A stretch of 64,000 nucleotides of DNA, from assembly GCA_964195615.1 (NCBI GenBank), contig CAXMSB010000159.1:1747-65746 (forward strand), given 5' to 3'. Source of the DNA: an uncultured Granulosicoccus sp. GTDB taxonomy: Bacteria; Planctomycetota; Planctomycetia; Pirellulales; Lacipirellulaceae. The notes under the pieces are model-generated. The model had not been told where the DNA came from, ran no database searches, and saw only the letters and a list, made by a program, of their open reading frames with translations. Both the position numbers and the translations under genes were made by a program. Below, piece after piece: positions 9,278 to 18,638 of this stretch. The first letter of the stretch is position 1, and every line of letters begins with the position of its first letter.

Positions 9278-11622
9278 TCACTGACGGGGATGTGCCACTT
9301 GGCCAGCGCCTGTTGCAGTTGGCCCGACTCGCGCAGTTCGCCGAAGGCGCGGTCGAGAGCATCTTTGAGATCAGTTTCATGGCGACGCACCGCGGCGCAA
9401 ATGCCGAAGCGGTCGACGGCTGTTTTCGGTTGCACGAAGCGAATTCTGTCGGGCCATTTTTCCGCGGCGAGCCAATGAGCCCGACTGGAAACGACATAGC
9501 CAACCGGCGCCTCGCGCTTCGCCACGGCGGAGAGGATCGCTTCCAGGTTGGGATACCGATTGGTCTTGCGCCCCGCTAAACCTCGCACGGCAACGCCCGG
9601 CTCGGCGGCGATGGGCAAGGTTTCCAGATCGGTCGCGTCGCCGTCGGCGGGGACCGCGTACACGTAGTTGGCAAAGTAATACGGTTCGCTGTAGGCGACG
9701 CGATCCGCGAAGCGATCGTCGGGCATCACGCCGAGAATCACGTCGCAATATCGTTTCGTGGCCAGCTTCGACGGATAGGAGTCGTGCGACGAATAGGCCC
9801 AGTAAACCTTCAGCGATACGCCCAGCCGCTCCGCCAGGAGTTGGGCGATTTCGTAGTCGACCCCAGCCGGCGCTGGATGCGTTGTGGAAAATGGCAGATT
9901 GTTCTGATCGAGCCCGACGACCAAAGTCCCCCGCGAGCGAATCTTCGCCAGCCCGTCGTAACTCGCACGCGAACGCTGCCGCCCGCTCATCTCCGGCTCA
10001 AGTCCCCGATCAACCTTTCGAATCCGCGCCGTCCCACCGCTTGCCGGTTTCGCCCCCGCCGCCATCGGGAAAGGCACGAAATAGGGCACGTGATACTCAC
10101 GCAGCGCCTCGGCAACGTCGCCTGCTCGGATGATTTCCTCCAGAGCGTCGTCGATGTGCTTCTTGAGCTCAACGTCGCCGCGGCGCATGGCAACGGCGAT
10201 ATTCCAACGATCCTCGGGAACGTACCCCGCCACGATTGCCGCCTTGACCTCCGGCGATTGGTGCAACAACCAACCACTGTTCGACCACAGATAGGCGTAA
10301 TCGATCCCGCCTTTTTCCAGCGAGTTTAGCAGGGCTAACTGTGTGCCGAAGAGTCGCCGCAGATAGCCCCGTTGCCGCAGGCTGTAATCGGCAATCGTGC
10401 CCGCCTGCGTGCCCAGTCGTCGCGATTTTTCTCCCTTCAAGTCGGCCAACGAGGTAACCGGCTCCGCATCTTGGCGAGCGACGAGAAAGTACCCCGTGCC
10501 GTAGTAGGGGCGCGAGTAGAGCACCTTGCCGGCAAGCTGCTCTTCGTCGTCCATCGCGTCGGGGTCGATCGCCGCGCCGAAGGCCAGATCGCTTTCCCGA
10601 TCGAGCAATTGCCCGGTGGCTGTTTCGCTGTGGACGTCGATCCACTCGATCCGCAAGTCGACGCCAAGCTGCTTGGCGACGGCTTGGGCGATGACGACGT
10701 CGAAGCCGGGCCGCTCGGCGTCGGCGCTGGAATAGGGCAGATTGGCTGGGTCCATGCTGACGATCAGCGTACCGCCCGCTTCGATCCGCTTCCACGTATC
10801 GTTCTCGACCACGGCCGACTGTGCGGCAACTTCGACGAGCGGCGGACGATGCACGAGTCCATGCTTGGCGAACAACGGCGAGAACTTGGCATGACGCAAA
10901 CCGCCGTCGACGGCTCGCGAGATTTCCTCCCGCAGCGAACGGTCGTCCGCACGCACCGCGATGCCGATGCTCCAGCGGTGCTTGGAAACAAACTCGTCGA
11001 CCAGCCGCAACTTCAACTGGGGATGCTCCTGGAGATACCAAGCGGTGAAATCAACGTCGATGAGCGCCCCGTCCAGCTTGCTCTGCTCGAAATCGCGTAG
11101 CAACGCTTCCCGCGAAGGAAAGCCGACGATCTCGTGGTCCTGGCGCAAAAGGGACACGGTCCCCGAGACGATGCCCACCCGTTTGCCGCGTAGCTCGGTG
11201 AGCGAGCGGATGCCTCGTTGGTCGCCGCGCACCACGAGGCCGAATTTTCCGGAAGCGTAGGGCGACGTCCAGTCAACCTGCGACGACTGTACCGACTCGT
11301 GTGGCAAGCCAATCACGGCATCGCACTTGCCCGCCTGCAGGTTGTTCAGCCGGCAGGTGTCGCTCGCACAGGTGTGAAACTCGCACCGCCGGCCAAGCTT
11401 TTCGGCCAGCAGCCTCGCCACGGCGATGTCGACCCCTTCCAGCTTGCCCTCGGCCGAGCGCCCAGCGCGCGGCATCGCATTGGTGCAGACACAGAACCGC
11501 AGCACGTCGCTCTGTAGATTGTCATCGGCCCGCGCGACGAGACCGCCCGAAAGCAGCCAGGCGCACAACAGTACAACCAATCGAAAACGTATTTCAGCTA
11601 ATCGCATCAAGATGCCATTCAC
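9274..11622 (-). CDS. Periplasmic protein with three tandem SBP family-3 (XoxJ/MxaJ-like) domains
   Basis: Three repeats of N-(A/L)-(M/L)-P...G(V/F)D..(V/I)A..(L/V)A..LG and W(T)/YS.PY motifs; signal peptide. Confidence 0.85.
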   Translation of the reverse strand: MNGILMRLAEIRFRLVVLLCAWLLSGGLVARADDNLQSDVLRFCVCTNAMPRAGRSAEGKLEGVDIAVARLLAEKLGRRCEFHTCASDTCRLNNLQAGKCDAVIGLPHESVQSSQVDWTSPYASGKFGLVVRGDQRGIRSLTELRGKRVGIVSGTVSLLRQDHEIVGFPSREALLRDFEQSKLDGALIDVDFTAWYLQEHPQLKLRLVDEFVSKHRWSIGIAVRADDRSLREEISRAVDGGLRHAKFSPLFAKHGLVHRPPLVEVAAQSAVVENDTWKRIEAGGTLIVSMDPANLPYSSADAERPGFDVVIAQAVAKQLGVDLRIEWIDVHSETATGQLLDRESDLAFGAAIDPDAMDDEEQLAGKVLYSRPYYGTGYFLVARQDAEPVTSLADLKGEKSRRLGTQAGTIADYSLRQRGYLRRLFGTQLALLNSLEKGGIDYAYLWSNSGWLLHQSPEVKAAIVAGYVPEDRWNIAVAMRRGDVELKKHIDDALEEIIRAGDVAEALREYHVPYFVPFPMAAGAKPASGGTARIRKVDRGLEPEMSGRQRSRASYDGLAKIRSRGTLVVGLDQNNLPFSTTHPAPAGVDYEIAQLLAERLGVSLKVYWAYSSHDSYPSKLATKRYCDVILGVMPDDRFADRVAYSEPYYFANYVYAVPADGDATDLETLPIAAEPGVAVRGLAGRKTNRYPNLEAILSAVAKREAPVGYVVSSRAHWLAAEKWPDRIRFVQPKTAVDRFGICAAVRRHETDLKDALDRAFGELRESGQLQQALAKWHIPVSE

Positions 11623-11642
11623 TTTCAGACAGGGACACGCCG

Positions 11643-13412
11643 TTATTCAGGCAACGCAAACACAAACAGCGTATTCCCCTTGCGAGCGTCTCGCATCCAG
11701 GGAGCACCATCGCCCATGAAGCCGGCGGTCCAGCCGCCCCAGCCCGAGCAAACGGCAACGTACTGCCGACCGTCGAGTTCGTAGGTAATCGGCGAGGCGT
11801 GATGCCCGCTGCCGCATTGGTAGTACCAGAGGGCTTCGCCCGACTCGGCGTCGTAAGCGGTAAAGAAACCCTCGGCGTCGCCGGTGAACACCAGTCCGCC
11901 GCCCGTGGCCAACACGCCGGCCACCATCGGCGAACGAGTCTCGACTTCCCACTTGATGTCGCCCGTTCGCACGTCAATCGCCTTGAACGCCCCGGAGGCT
12001 TCGTTTTCGATCATCGTCAGCGAGCTTCCCCAATATGGCTGGCCCTTGATGAAAAACGCCTTGCCGGAGGTAAACTTCGCACAGTTGTTGATCACCGGCA
12101 CGTAGGCACACTGGGTGCCGGGGTGGTAGGCCATAGGGTTCCATTCCTTGCCGCCCGCCGCGCCGGGACAGACCCGCACGCCTTCGTCGTTGGGCATTGC
12201 CGCTTCGCTCACGAAGGGACGCCCCGTCTCGGGATCCAAGCCGTCGACCCCCTTCGAGCGATCGGTCCAGGTCACCTCGCAGAACGGTTTGCCGTAGAGA
12301 AATTTGCCGTTCTCGCGGTCGAGACAGTAAAAATATCCATTGCGATGCGCCTGCACGATCGCCTTCACTTTCTTGCCCTTCACTTCGGTTTCGACCAGCA
12401 CGGGAGTGTTCACGCCGTCGTAGTCCCACACGTCGTGCGGACTGTTTTGAAAGTGCCATTTGTAGGTGCCATCGTCGGGGTTGAGTGCGATGATGCCGCA
12501 GGTGTAGAGATTGTCGCCGGGGCGGACCTCGCCGTTGAAGTCGGGCGACGGGTTGCCGATGCCCCAGTACAGGGTGTTGAGATCAGGATCGTAGGTGCCG
12601 GTGACCCAAGCGGAGCCGCCGCCGGTGAGCCACGACGCGCCGCCCCAGCTCTTGAGCGCTTCCTTGGCATGGGCGGAATCATCGTCGGCGCTAGGCACGG
12701 TATAAAATCGCCACTCGCGTTTGCCAGTCTCGACGTTGTAGGCGTCGATGAAACCGCGAATGCCGTACTCCGCGCCGCTGATGCCGATGATCAGCTTGTC
12801 CTTAATCACCAGCGGAGCAAGCGTCGCGCTGTAGGCCAGCTTGTAGATGTCGCCGACTTCCTTGCCGTCGTCGCCTTCGACGGTGATCGCTTCGTCCCAC
12901 AGCTCTTGGCCCGTGTGACGATCAATGCAAATCAGATGGGCGTCGAGCGTGGTCATGTACAGCCGATCGCCCCAGGCGGCAAAGCCCCGATTCACGGCGT
13001 CGCAACAAAGGGCCAGGTTGTCGGGAAGCGACTTCTGATAGTGCCACAACTGCGAACCAGTGCGGCAATCGATCGCGTAGGCATGGTTCCAGGGCGTAGT
13101 GATGTACATCACGCCGTCGATCACCAACGGAGTACACTCGAACCCGTCGAGCACGCCCGTCTGAAACGACCAAACGGGGATCAGCTTCGACACGTTTTCC
13201 TTGTTGATCTTGTTGAGCGACGAATAACGATTGCTGTCGTAGGTGCGACCGTACATCAGCCAACTGGTGTTGTTCTCTTGGGCGTCGAGCAGTTCCTGCT
13301 GCTCCACGGGCCCCACGGGTTCGGCCGCCTCGACCTTCCCGCCGCCCAGCAGCGGCAGCGAACCGATGACCATGCACAACGACAACCAACCGGTAATGCG
13401 AATAGCAGACAT
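11643..13412 (-). CDS. Type I PQQ-dependent alcohol dehydrogenase with lanthanide-type active site (XoxF/ExaF/PedH-like)
   Basis: WLMYG, LCCDAVNRG, GAEYG, WGIGNP, WDYDG, GGKEWNP; SD AAGGAG before ATG 13412; no heme domain. Confidence 0.93.
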   Translation of the reverse strand: MSAIRITGWLSLCMVIGSLPLLGGGKVEAAEPVGPVEQQELLDAQENNTSWLMYGRTYDSNRYSSLNKINKENVSKLIPVWSFQTGVLDGFECTPLVIDGVMYITTPWNHAYAIDCRTGSQLWHYQKSLPDNLALCCDAVNRGFAAWGDRLYMTTLDAHLICIDRHTGQELWDEAITVEGDDGKEVGDIYKLAYSATLAPLVIKDKLIIGISGAEYGIRGFIDAYNVETGKREWRFYTVPSADDDSAHAKEALKSWGGASWLTGGGSAWVTGTYDPDLNTLYWGIGNPSPDFNGEVRPGDNLYTCGIIALNPDDGTYKWHFQNSPHDVWDYDGVNTPVLVETEVKGKKVKAIVQAHRNGYFYCLDRENGKFLYGKPFCEVTWTDRSKGVDGLDPETGRPFVSEAAMPNDEGVRVCPGAAGGKEWNPMAYHPGTQCAYVPVINNCAKFTSGKAFFIKGQPYWGSSLTMIENEASGAFKAIDVRTGDIKWEVETRSPMVAGVLATGGGLVFTGDAEGFFTAYDAESGEALWYYQCGSGHHASPITYELDGRQYVAVCSGWGGWTAGFMGDGAPWMRDARKGNTLFVFALPE

Positions 13413-13562
13413 GCGAAGTATCTCCTTAAGGACGAGCATCAAAAAAAAGGTGATCGCGACATCACGGACAAGACCCGCGAGTATGGCGAGTTCGCCGGAC
13501 GAAATCAAGTATCATTTCCTGCGTGGCCGGAGGACTGTGGCGTGTCTCACACCGCGAAATCT

Positions 13563-13587
13563 TGTGGGAGGCGTCTCCGACGGCGAT
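13563..13587 (+). repeat. Solo REP, family A
   Basis: TGTGGGAGGCGTCTCCGACGGCGAT. Confidence 0.85.
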
Positions 13588-13715
13588 CTTGTCCCACGAA
13601 AGAAGACGAAAGGAAGGTTCCTAGAACCCTTCACATCACAGAGACAAACTTCAAGACAAGAGACCGCTATTCTAGCGTCAGTAGGTGCCGAACGGTAGTA
13701 GTTGCTCGCCAGGCA

Positions 13716-15059
13716 CTAGCTGACGGCAGCGTCTACCCTCGTCTGCCTGGAGGGATGAGGAACTCTCTGGTGAAGAGTTCGCAAGGGCGTTTGCACTTCC
13801 AAAGCGCGGTGGATCAGATTCCGCACGAGGCCGGCGAAGACTGGATCTTCATTGACCCAAGGCGCACAGGCAACCGACCCAGCGTTGAAAACCCAGCCAC
13901 CTCCTGGTGTCTCGCGAAAGACCATGTACGCCGGCCCCTCGCGATTCTTGCCGATCGCCAGAACCTCGACGTCGGCGCTCTCTTTGGTGATCTTGTCGGT
14001 TTCGTAGCCACTTGCCCCGAACAGTTGGGGCGTGCCCGTGGATGAAGTGATCTGCTTTTCGTCGAACGTGTCACCATCCTTCACGCCGATCCCGTCGAAC
14101 ACCCAGTGCCTGGCATTGGCCACTTGATAGCCGGCATAGGTCCGGTATCCCCAAGCGTTGTACGAAGCGCCCAGCAATCGCGAGACGGGCGCCCGGTCTG
14201 TCTTGAAATTGCGGACCACGACTGCCCCTTCCACAAACTCCACCATTCGGTAAATGTTGTTACCCGAAATGAAAGCCGCCTTGCCGCCGCCGGCCAGATA
14301 GGAAGTTAATCGGCCCTGCATCTCTTCCGACCAATACTCGCTATGCACGTTGAAAAACAGCAGCTTGGCTTGCGTGGGCCAAGGGTCGTAGGCCAGGTCG
14401 TGATCGGAAAAGAGTCCGTACTCGACGCCCTCACGCTCCAGGAATCGCAGCAGGGCCCATTCCGCTCGGGCCAGATGTGAGAACGACTCGATCGGCGAGG
14501 CTTCCAGATCGCGCAGGTCCTCGTCCAACATAGAGTTCGGCCGGGCCAGCGGTAGCGGCACCGCGGGCACATAGCGGCGATCTCCCAACGTGAATCGCAG
14601 ATTCATAACCCTCATCAGGGTCTTCAAAGCTCGCAGCGGAAACGGCGTGCCGCGATCGTGGTAGTTCGAGAGCCCACCGAAGTGATTGTACGCTTGCCAG
14701 GTGTTCGTGGAACAGACGACCGCGACGTCGACTTGCCGGGCCGGCTTGATGATGATCGGCAGTCGAAACGTCACGTTGGCGTCTTCCCGGTGTGCAAGTT
14801 CCAGCAGATAGAGCCCGCTCTTCAGCGAGGAGGTGTCGATCGAGAGCTGAGGCTGCCAATTGAAACCCTTCCAGAAATGGTATTTTCCTGATTGGATGCA
14901 GGCCGGCAGTTGCTCCTGCCAACCGGTCTCGACGCTGCGCTCGCCGAGACGCAACAGCTTGGCCTGCGCGGGCCGGGTGGAATGGACGCAAATCTTCGCC
15001 GCCTCGCCCCTCGCTACCGAAGGATCGCTCAGGTAGGCCACCAGCGACGGCAGCCGCAC
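13716..15059 (-). CDS. N,N-dimethylformamidase large-subunit-like protein (DUF6605 type); 5' end possibly truncated
   Basis: STNTWQAYNHFGG, HSEYWS, GGKAAFISGNNIY, GASGYETD, GGWVFNAGS. Confidence 0.8.
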   Translation of the reverse strand: MRLPSLVAYLSDPSVARGEAAKICVHSTRPAQAKLLRLGERSVETGWQEQLPACIQSGKYHFWKGFNWQPQLSIDTSSLKSGLYLLELAHREDANVTFRLPIIIKPARQVDVAVVCSTNTWQAYNHFGGLSNYHDRGTPFPLRALKTLMRVMNLRFTLGDRRYVPAVPLPLARPNSMLDEDLRDLEASPIESFSHLARAEWALLRFLEREGVEYGLFSDHDLAYDPWPTQAKLLFFNVHSEYWSEEMQGRLTSYLAGGGKAAFISGNNIYRMVEFVEGAVVVRNFKTDRAPVSRLLGASYNAWGYRTYAGYQVANARHWVFDGIGVKDGDTFDEKQITSSTGTPQLFGASGYETDKITKESADVEVLAIGKNREGPAYMVFRETPGGGWVFNAGSVACAPWVNEDPVFAGLVRNLIHRALEVQTPLRTLHQRVPHPSRQTRVDAAVS

Positions 15060-15066
15060 CCGCGTC

Positions 15067-15516
15067 GGCCGCCTTGCTCGCGGCGTAAACAGCTTCGCCT
15101 TCCAATTTCAAGGGAACGGCCACCGTGGAGAAGTTCACAATTCTCCCGGCCTCCTGACGCCGCATGAGTTTTGCCGCTTCGCGACAACACAGAAACGTGC
15201 CGGAAAAATTCGTGTCGAATACCCGTCGCACCGTCTTGTGTGGGGTGAGCATGCAGTGATTCATCGAAGCGATGCCCGCATTGTTCACCAAGACATCGAG
15301 TTGCCCATATTCCTTTCGCACCTTTCGAAACAACGTCTGCACCGCGTCCTCGTCGGCCACGTCGACACAGAAATGTTGATATTCGGGATGATCGAGTCCC
15401 GACTCACTTCGACTACAGCCCACCACGCGAAAACCGGCATCGAGATAGTGTTCGGCAAGGCCGCGTCCAATGCCCTTGCGAGCACCCGTAATCAACATGA
15501 CTTGATCACTGCTCAC
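15067..15516 (-). pseudogene. FabG-like SDR truncated just after YxxxK
   Basis: TGARKGIG, NNAG, YAASK, then homology is lost and the frame runs over the next gene out of register. Confidence 0.85.
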
Positions 15517-15835
15517 AGGGCTGCTCCGTCAGCAATTCCTGCACGTAGTCGACCAATGTAGCAATGGTCAGAAACGGGCTATTCTGCCGCGACATGGCTT
15601 TCTCGTCAGCCAAGGTGAGTGCCACGCCATACTCGTCGTCGAGCTGCTCTTCCACGCCCACGATTAGCGAGACCAAACCGAGTGAGTCCATTTGGCTCTT
15701 GGCGCCAAAGAGTTGTGTCTCTTCGGATTTTTCGATCTGGTATTTCGCATCGTCCTCGGCGTTGATTTCATCGATAGCACGAAACACGCAGTCTCGAACC
15801 GCGGCTCGTTCGGCGATGGTATTCTGAGAGGGCAT
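15506..15835 (-). CDS. Acyl carrier protein
   Basis: LFGAKSQMDSLGLVSLIV (DSL phosphopantetheine site); acidic; overlaps the SDR start. Confidence 0.85.
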   Translation of the reverse strand: MPSQNTIAERAAVRDCVFRAIDEINAEDDAKYQIEKSEETQLFGAKSQMDSLGLVSLIVGVEEQLDDEYGVALTLADEKAMSRQNSPFLTIATLVDYVQELLTEQPCEQ

Positions 15836-16103
15836 GGGGGGCACTTCTCGCTGCGAAGGGAGGAAGAGAGGCTCGTTGGGCGGGACCTCACGCTTGGTCA
15901 CCACGAGTCGAAGCAAAATACACGGGGAAAGGAATTTGAACAGAACTCTATCGGAACCCCAGATTTCATGTCAACGTGGATACGCTAGAAAGGCGCCCCC
16001 GCGGATGCTAGCGGACGCTCGGGGCCGCTTCTCGGTGGGATTCTAACTTGGTATAGTGGTGAATTGCCCCCGATGCCCGCCTCAACGCTGTGAGTTACCA
16101 CCC

Positions 16104-17735
16104 ATGGACGAATCGATCACCAAACCCACCGTGCTGATCGTGCGAGATGGCTGGGGCCATAATCCGCATGCCCAGTGGAACCACGCCAACGCCGTTCATC
16201 TGGCCAACACGCCGGTGAACGACCGCCTGCTGGCGACCTACCCGCACGCGCAGATTCACACCTCGGGCGAAGACGTCGGCCTGCCCGCGGGCGTCATGGG
16301 CAACAGTGAAGTCGGCCACCAGAACATCGGGGCGGGACGGATCGTCGACCAGGAAGTGATGCGCATCACCCGGGCGATTCGAGAGGGAGAATTCTTTGAA
16401 AACCCACAACTTCAAGGCGCGGTAAAACACGTCGCCGACACGGGCGGTTCGTTGCACTTGCTGGGTCTGTTGTCCGATGGCCGCGTGCATAGCTCCCTGG
16501 ATCACGCCTTCGCTCTGGTCGATCTGTGCGAGAAAATGGGCCTCGAAGCAGGACGGTTGTTCGTGCATGCCATCATGGACGGTCGCGACACGTCGCCCAA
16601 CGGCGGCATCGCTTATATCGCGCAGTTGGAAGAGGCGTTGAAGAAGTCGGGCATCGGCCGCGTGGCGACCGTCGTCGGGCGTTACTATGCCATGGACCGT
16701 GATCTGCGTTGGGATCGCGTCGAGCAGGCGTACAATCTGTTGACCAAGGGCTCGGACAATCTGTTTACTTCTGCGCAGGCTGCGATTCAAGATTACTACG
16801 ACAACCCGACCGAGCCGAGCCGCAAGGGCGATGAGTTCATCATGCCCGCCACGATCTCGCCGATCGGACAACTCGAGCCTGATCAGCTAATCAAGCCGGG
16901 CGACGCCGTGGTATTTTTCAATTACCGGGGCGACCGAACTCGTGAACTGACCAAGGCGTTTTCTTTCTCGGATAGCCAGTGGGCGAAGATCGACGGCGGC
17001 GGGTTCGACCGCGGCCGACGAATCGAAAATCTCTACTTCGCCACGATGACCGGCTACGAGCAGGGGTTGCCGGTCGAAGTCGTGTTCGAGAAGCAAGCCA
17101 AAATGCCCGACATTTTGGGGGAGTGCATCAGCAGTCGGGGCCTCTCGCAGTTTCGCTGTGCCGAGACGGAAAAGTATCCGCACGTCACGTTTTTCTTCAA
17201 CGACTATCGTGACGATCCGTTTCCTGAAGAGGACCGTGTCATGGCGCCCTCGCCGCGCGACGTCTCCACGTACGACAAAAAGCCCGAGATGTCGGCCTAC
17301 GGCATCACAGAAGCGGTGCTCGAAACAATTGCCGCTGACAAGCACGATCTCTACATCATCAATTTCGCCAACGGCGACATGGTCGGCCACACCGGCAATC
17401 TCGAAGCCGCGATTCGCGCCGTCGAGGTGGTCGACGAGTGCGTCGGCAAGATCGTCGATGCCGTGCTGGAGAAGGGCGGCGCGCTGGTCGTCACCGCCGA
17501 CCACGGCAACTGCGAACAGATGATCGATCCCGCCACGGGCCAGGCCCACACGGCCCACACGACCTACGACGTGGATCTGATCGTCGTCGACGACCGAGCC
17601 AAGGGCGGCCGCCTGCACGAAGGGGGTCGACTAGCCGACATCGCGCCCACGTTGCTAGCCCTGATGGGACTGCCCAAGCCGCGAGAGATGACGGGCCGCT
17701 CGTTAGTCGACGCCGGCGAGCCAATCGCACGCTAA
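16104..17735 (+). CDS. gpmI: 2,3-BPG-independent phosphoglycerate mutase
   Basis: RDGWG, MGNSEVGH, DGRVHS, GRYYAMDRD, AETEKYPHVTFF, DMVGHTG, TADHGNCE. Confidence 0.97.
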   Translation: MDESITKPTVLIVRDGWGHNPHAQWNHANAVHLANTPVNDRLLATYPHAQIHTSGEDVGLPAGVMGNSEVGHQNIGAGRIVDQEVMRITRAIREGEFFENPQLQGAVKHVADTGGSLHLLGLLSDGRVHSSLDHAFALVDLCEKMGLEAGRLFVHAIMDGRDTSPNGGIAYIAQLEEALKKSGIGRVATVVGRYYAMDRDLRWDRVEQAYNLLTKGSDNLFTSAQAAIQDYYDNPTEPSRKGDEFIMPATISPIGQLEPDQLIKPGDAVVFFNYRGDRTRELTKAFSFSDSQWAKIDGGGFDRGRRIENLYFATMTGYEQGLPVEVVFEKQAKMPDILGECISSRGLSQFRCAETEKYPHVTFFFNDYRDDPFPEEDRVMAPSPRDVSTYDKKPEMSAYGITEAVLETIAADKHDLYIINFANGDMVGHTGNLEAAIRAVEVVDECVGKIVDAVLEKGGALVVTADHGNCEQMIDPATGQAHTAHTTYDVDLIVVDDRAKGGRLHEGGRLADIAPTLLALMGLPKPREMTGRSLVDAGEPIAR

Positions 17736-17743
17736 TCGTCCCA

Positions 17744-17881
<138 letters not shown>

Positions 17882-17894
17882 TGGGGCTGAGGCT

Positions 17895-18416
17895 TCACTG
17901 CCGTAGGTGGTTCCACAGCAAAATGCCAACCAGCGATTTGGCGTCTTCGATTTCGCCCCGCTCGACCATGGCGACCGCTTCGCTCCAGGGTACGAGTAGG
18001 TTCTCGATCTGTTCGCCCGCCTCGCGGGCCGGCGGGCCCGGCGTGAGACCCTCGGCGACGAACAGGTGCATTCGCTCGTTGAAGATTCCCGGCGACATGA
18101 AAAACGGAGGCAGCTCGCACCAGCGGGTTGCCGTGTAGCCGGTTTCTTCCTGCAGTTCGCGGATGGCGGTTTGTTGGGGCGGTTCGTTTGGTTCGAGCGT
18201 GCCGGCGGGCAATTCGACGAGTGTTTTACCAACGGCGATCCGGTAGTTGCGAATCAGGCAGACCTCGTCCCCCTCCGTCAGCGGTAGAATAGTGACGGCC
18301 CCCGGGTGGACGACCACCTGCCGTCGGACTTCGACTTGCTGGTCGCCGGCAGCAAGCACATGTTCCTCCACGCGGAACCTGGATGTCGTCAACAAAACCT
18401 GGGGCGGCTGGGACAT
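17895..18416 (-). CDS. NUDIX hydrolase (ADP-ribose pyrophosphatase-like)
   Basis: HPGAV, ELPAGTLEPNEPPQQTAIRELQEETGY Nudix box, SPG, DAKS. Confidence 0.93.
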   Translation of the reverse strand: MSQPPQVLLTTSRFRVEEHVLAAGDQQVEVRRQVVVHPGAVTILPLTEGDEVCLIRNYRIAVGKTLVELPAGTLEPNEPPQQTAIRELQEETGYTATRWCELPPFFMSPGIFNERMHLFVAEGLTPGPPAREAGEQIENLLVPWSEAVAMVERGEIEDAKSLVGILLWNHLRQ

Positions 18417-18638
18417 GGGAGCTTCTCCGAAAACAGTGTGCTTGCTCGGTAAGTATTCGCTTGTGGGAGGATGTTCTGGGCTAGACGGTCACAAAATGGG
18501 TAATTTCCTGCGGCTCGCTGTTTCATGCCAGCAGTCTAGGCCAGCGGCGGGCAAGGTTTGCCGTCTTTGCTCGCCGTTGTTAGGATATTCTTATCGGGGA
18601 TAATAAATCTAGGGGCCCCCTCGGGCGATCTTTTCGGC

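Noticed and set aside
11643-13412. MxaF (Ca-dependent) or type II quinohemoprotein identity
   Set aside because: D-Y-D rather than D-Y-A, no C-terminal CxxCH, no mxaI.
13441-13448. A8 tract as a phase-variation switch for the PQQ ADH
   Set aside because: It lies upstream of the SD-supported start at 13412, so it cannot shift the frame.
11301-14045. 914-aa plus-strand ORF
   Set aside because: Antisense shadow of the PQQ dehydrogenase in GC-rich DNA; no motifs.
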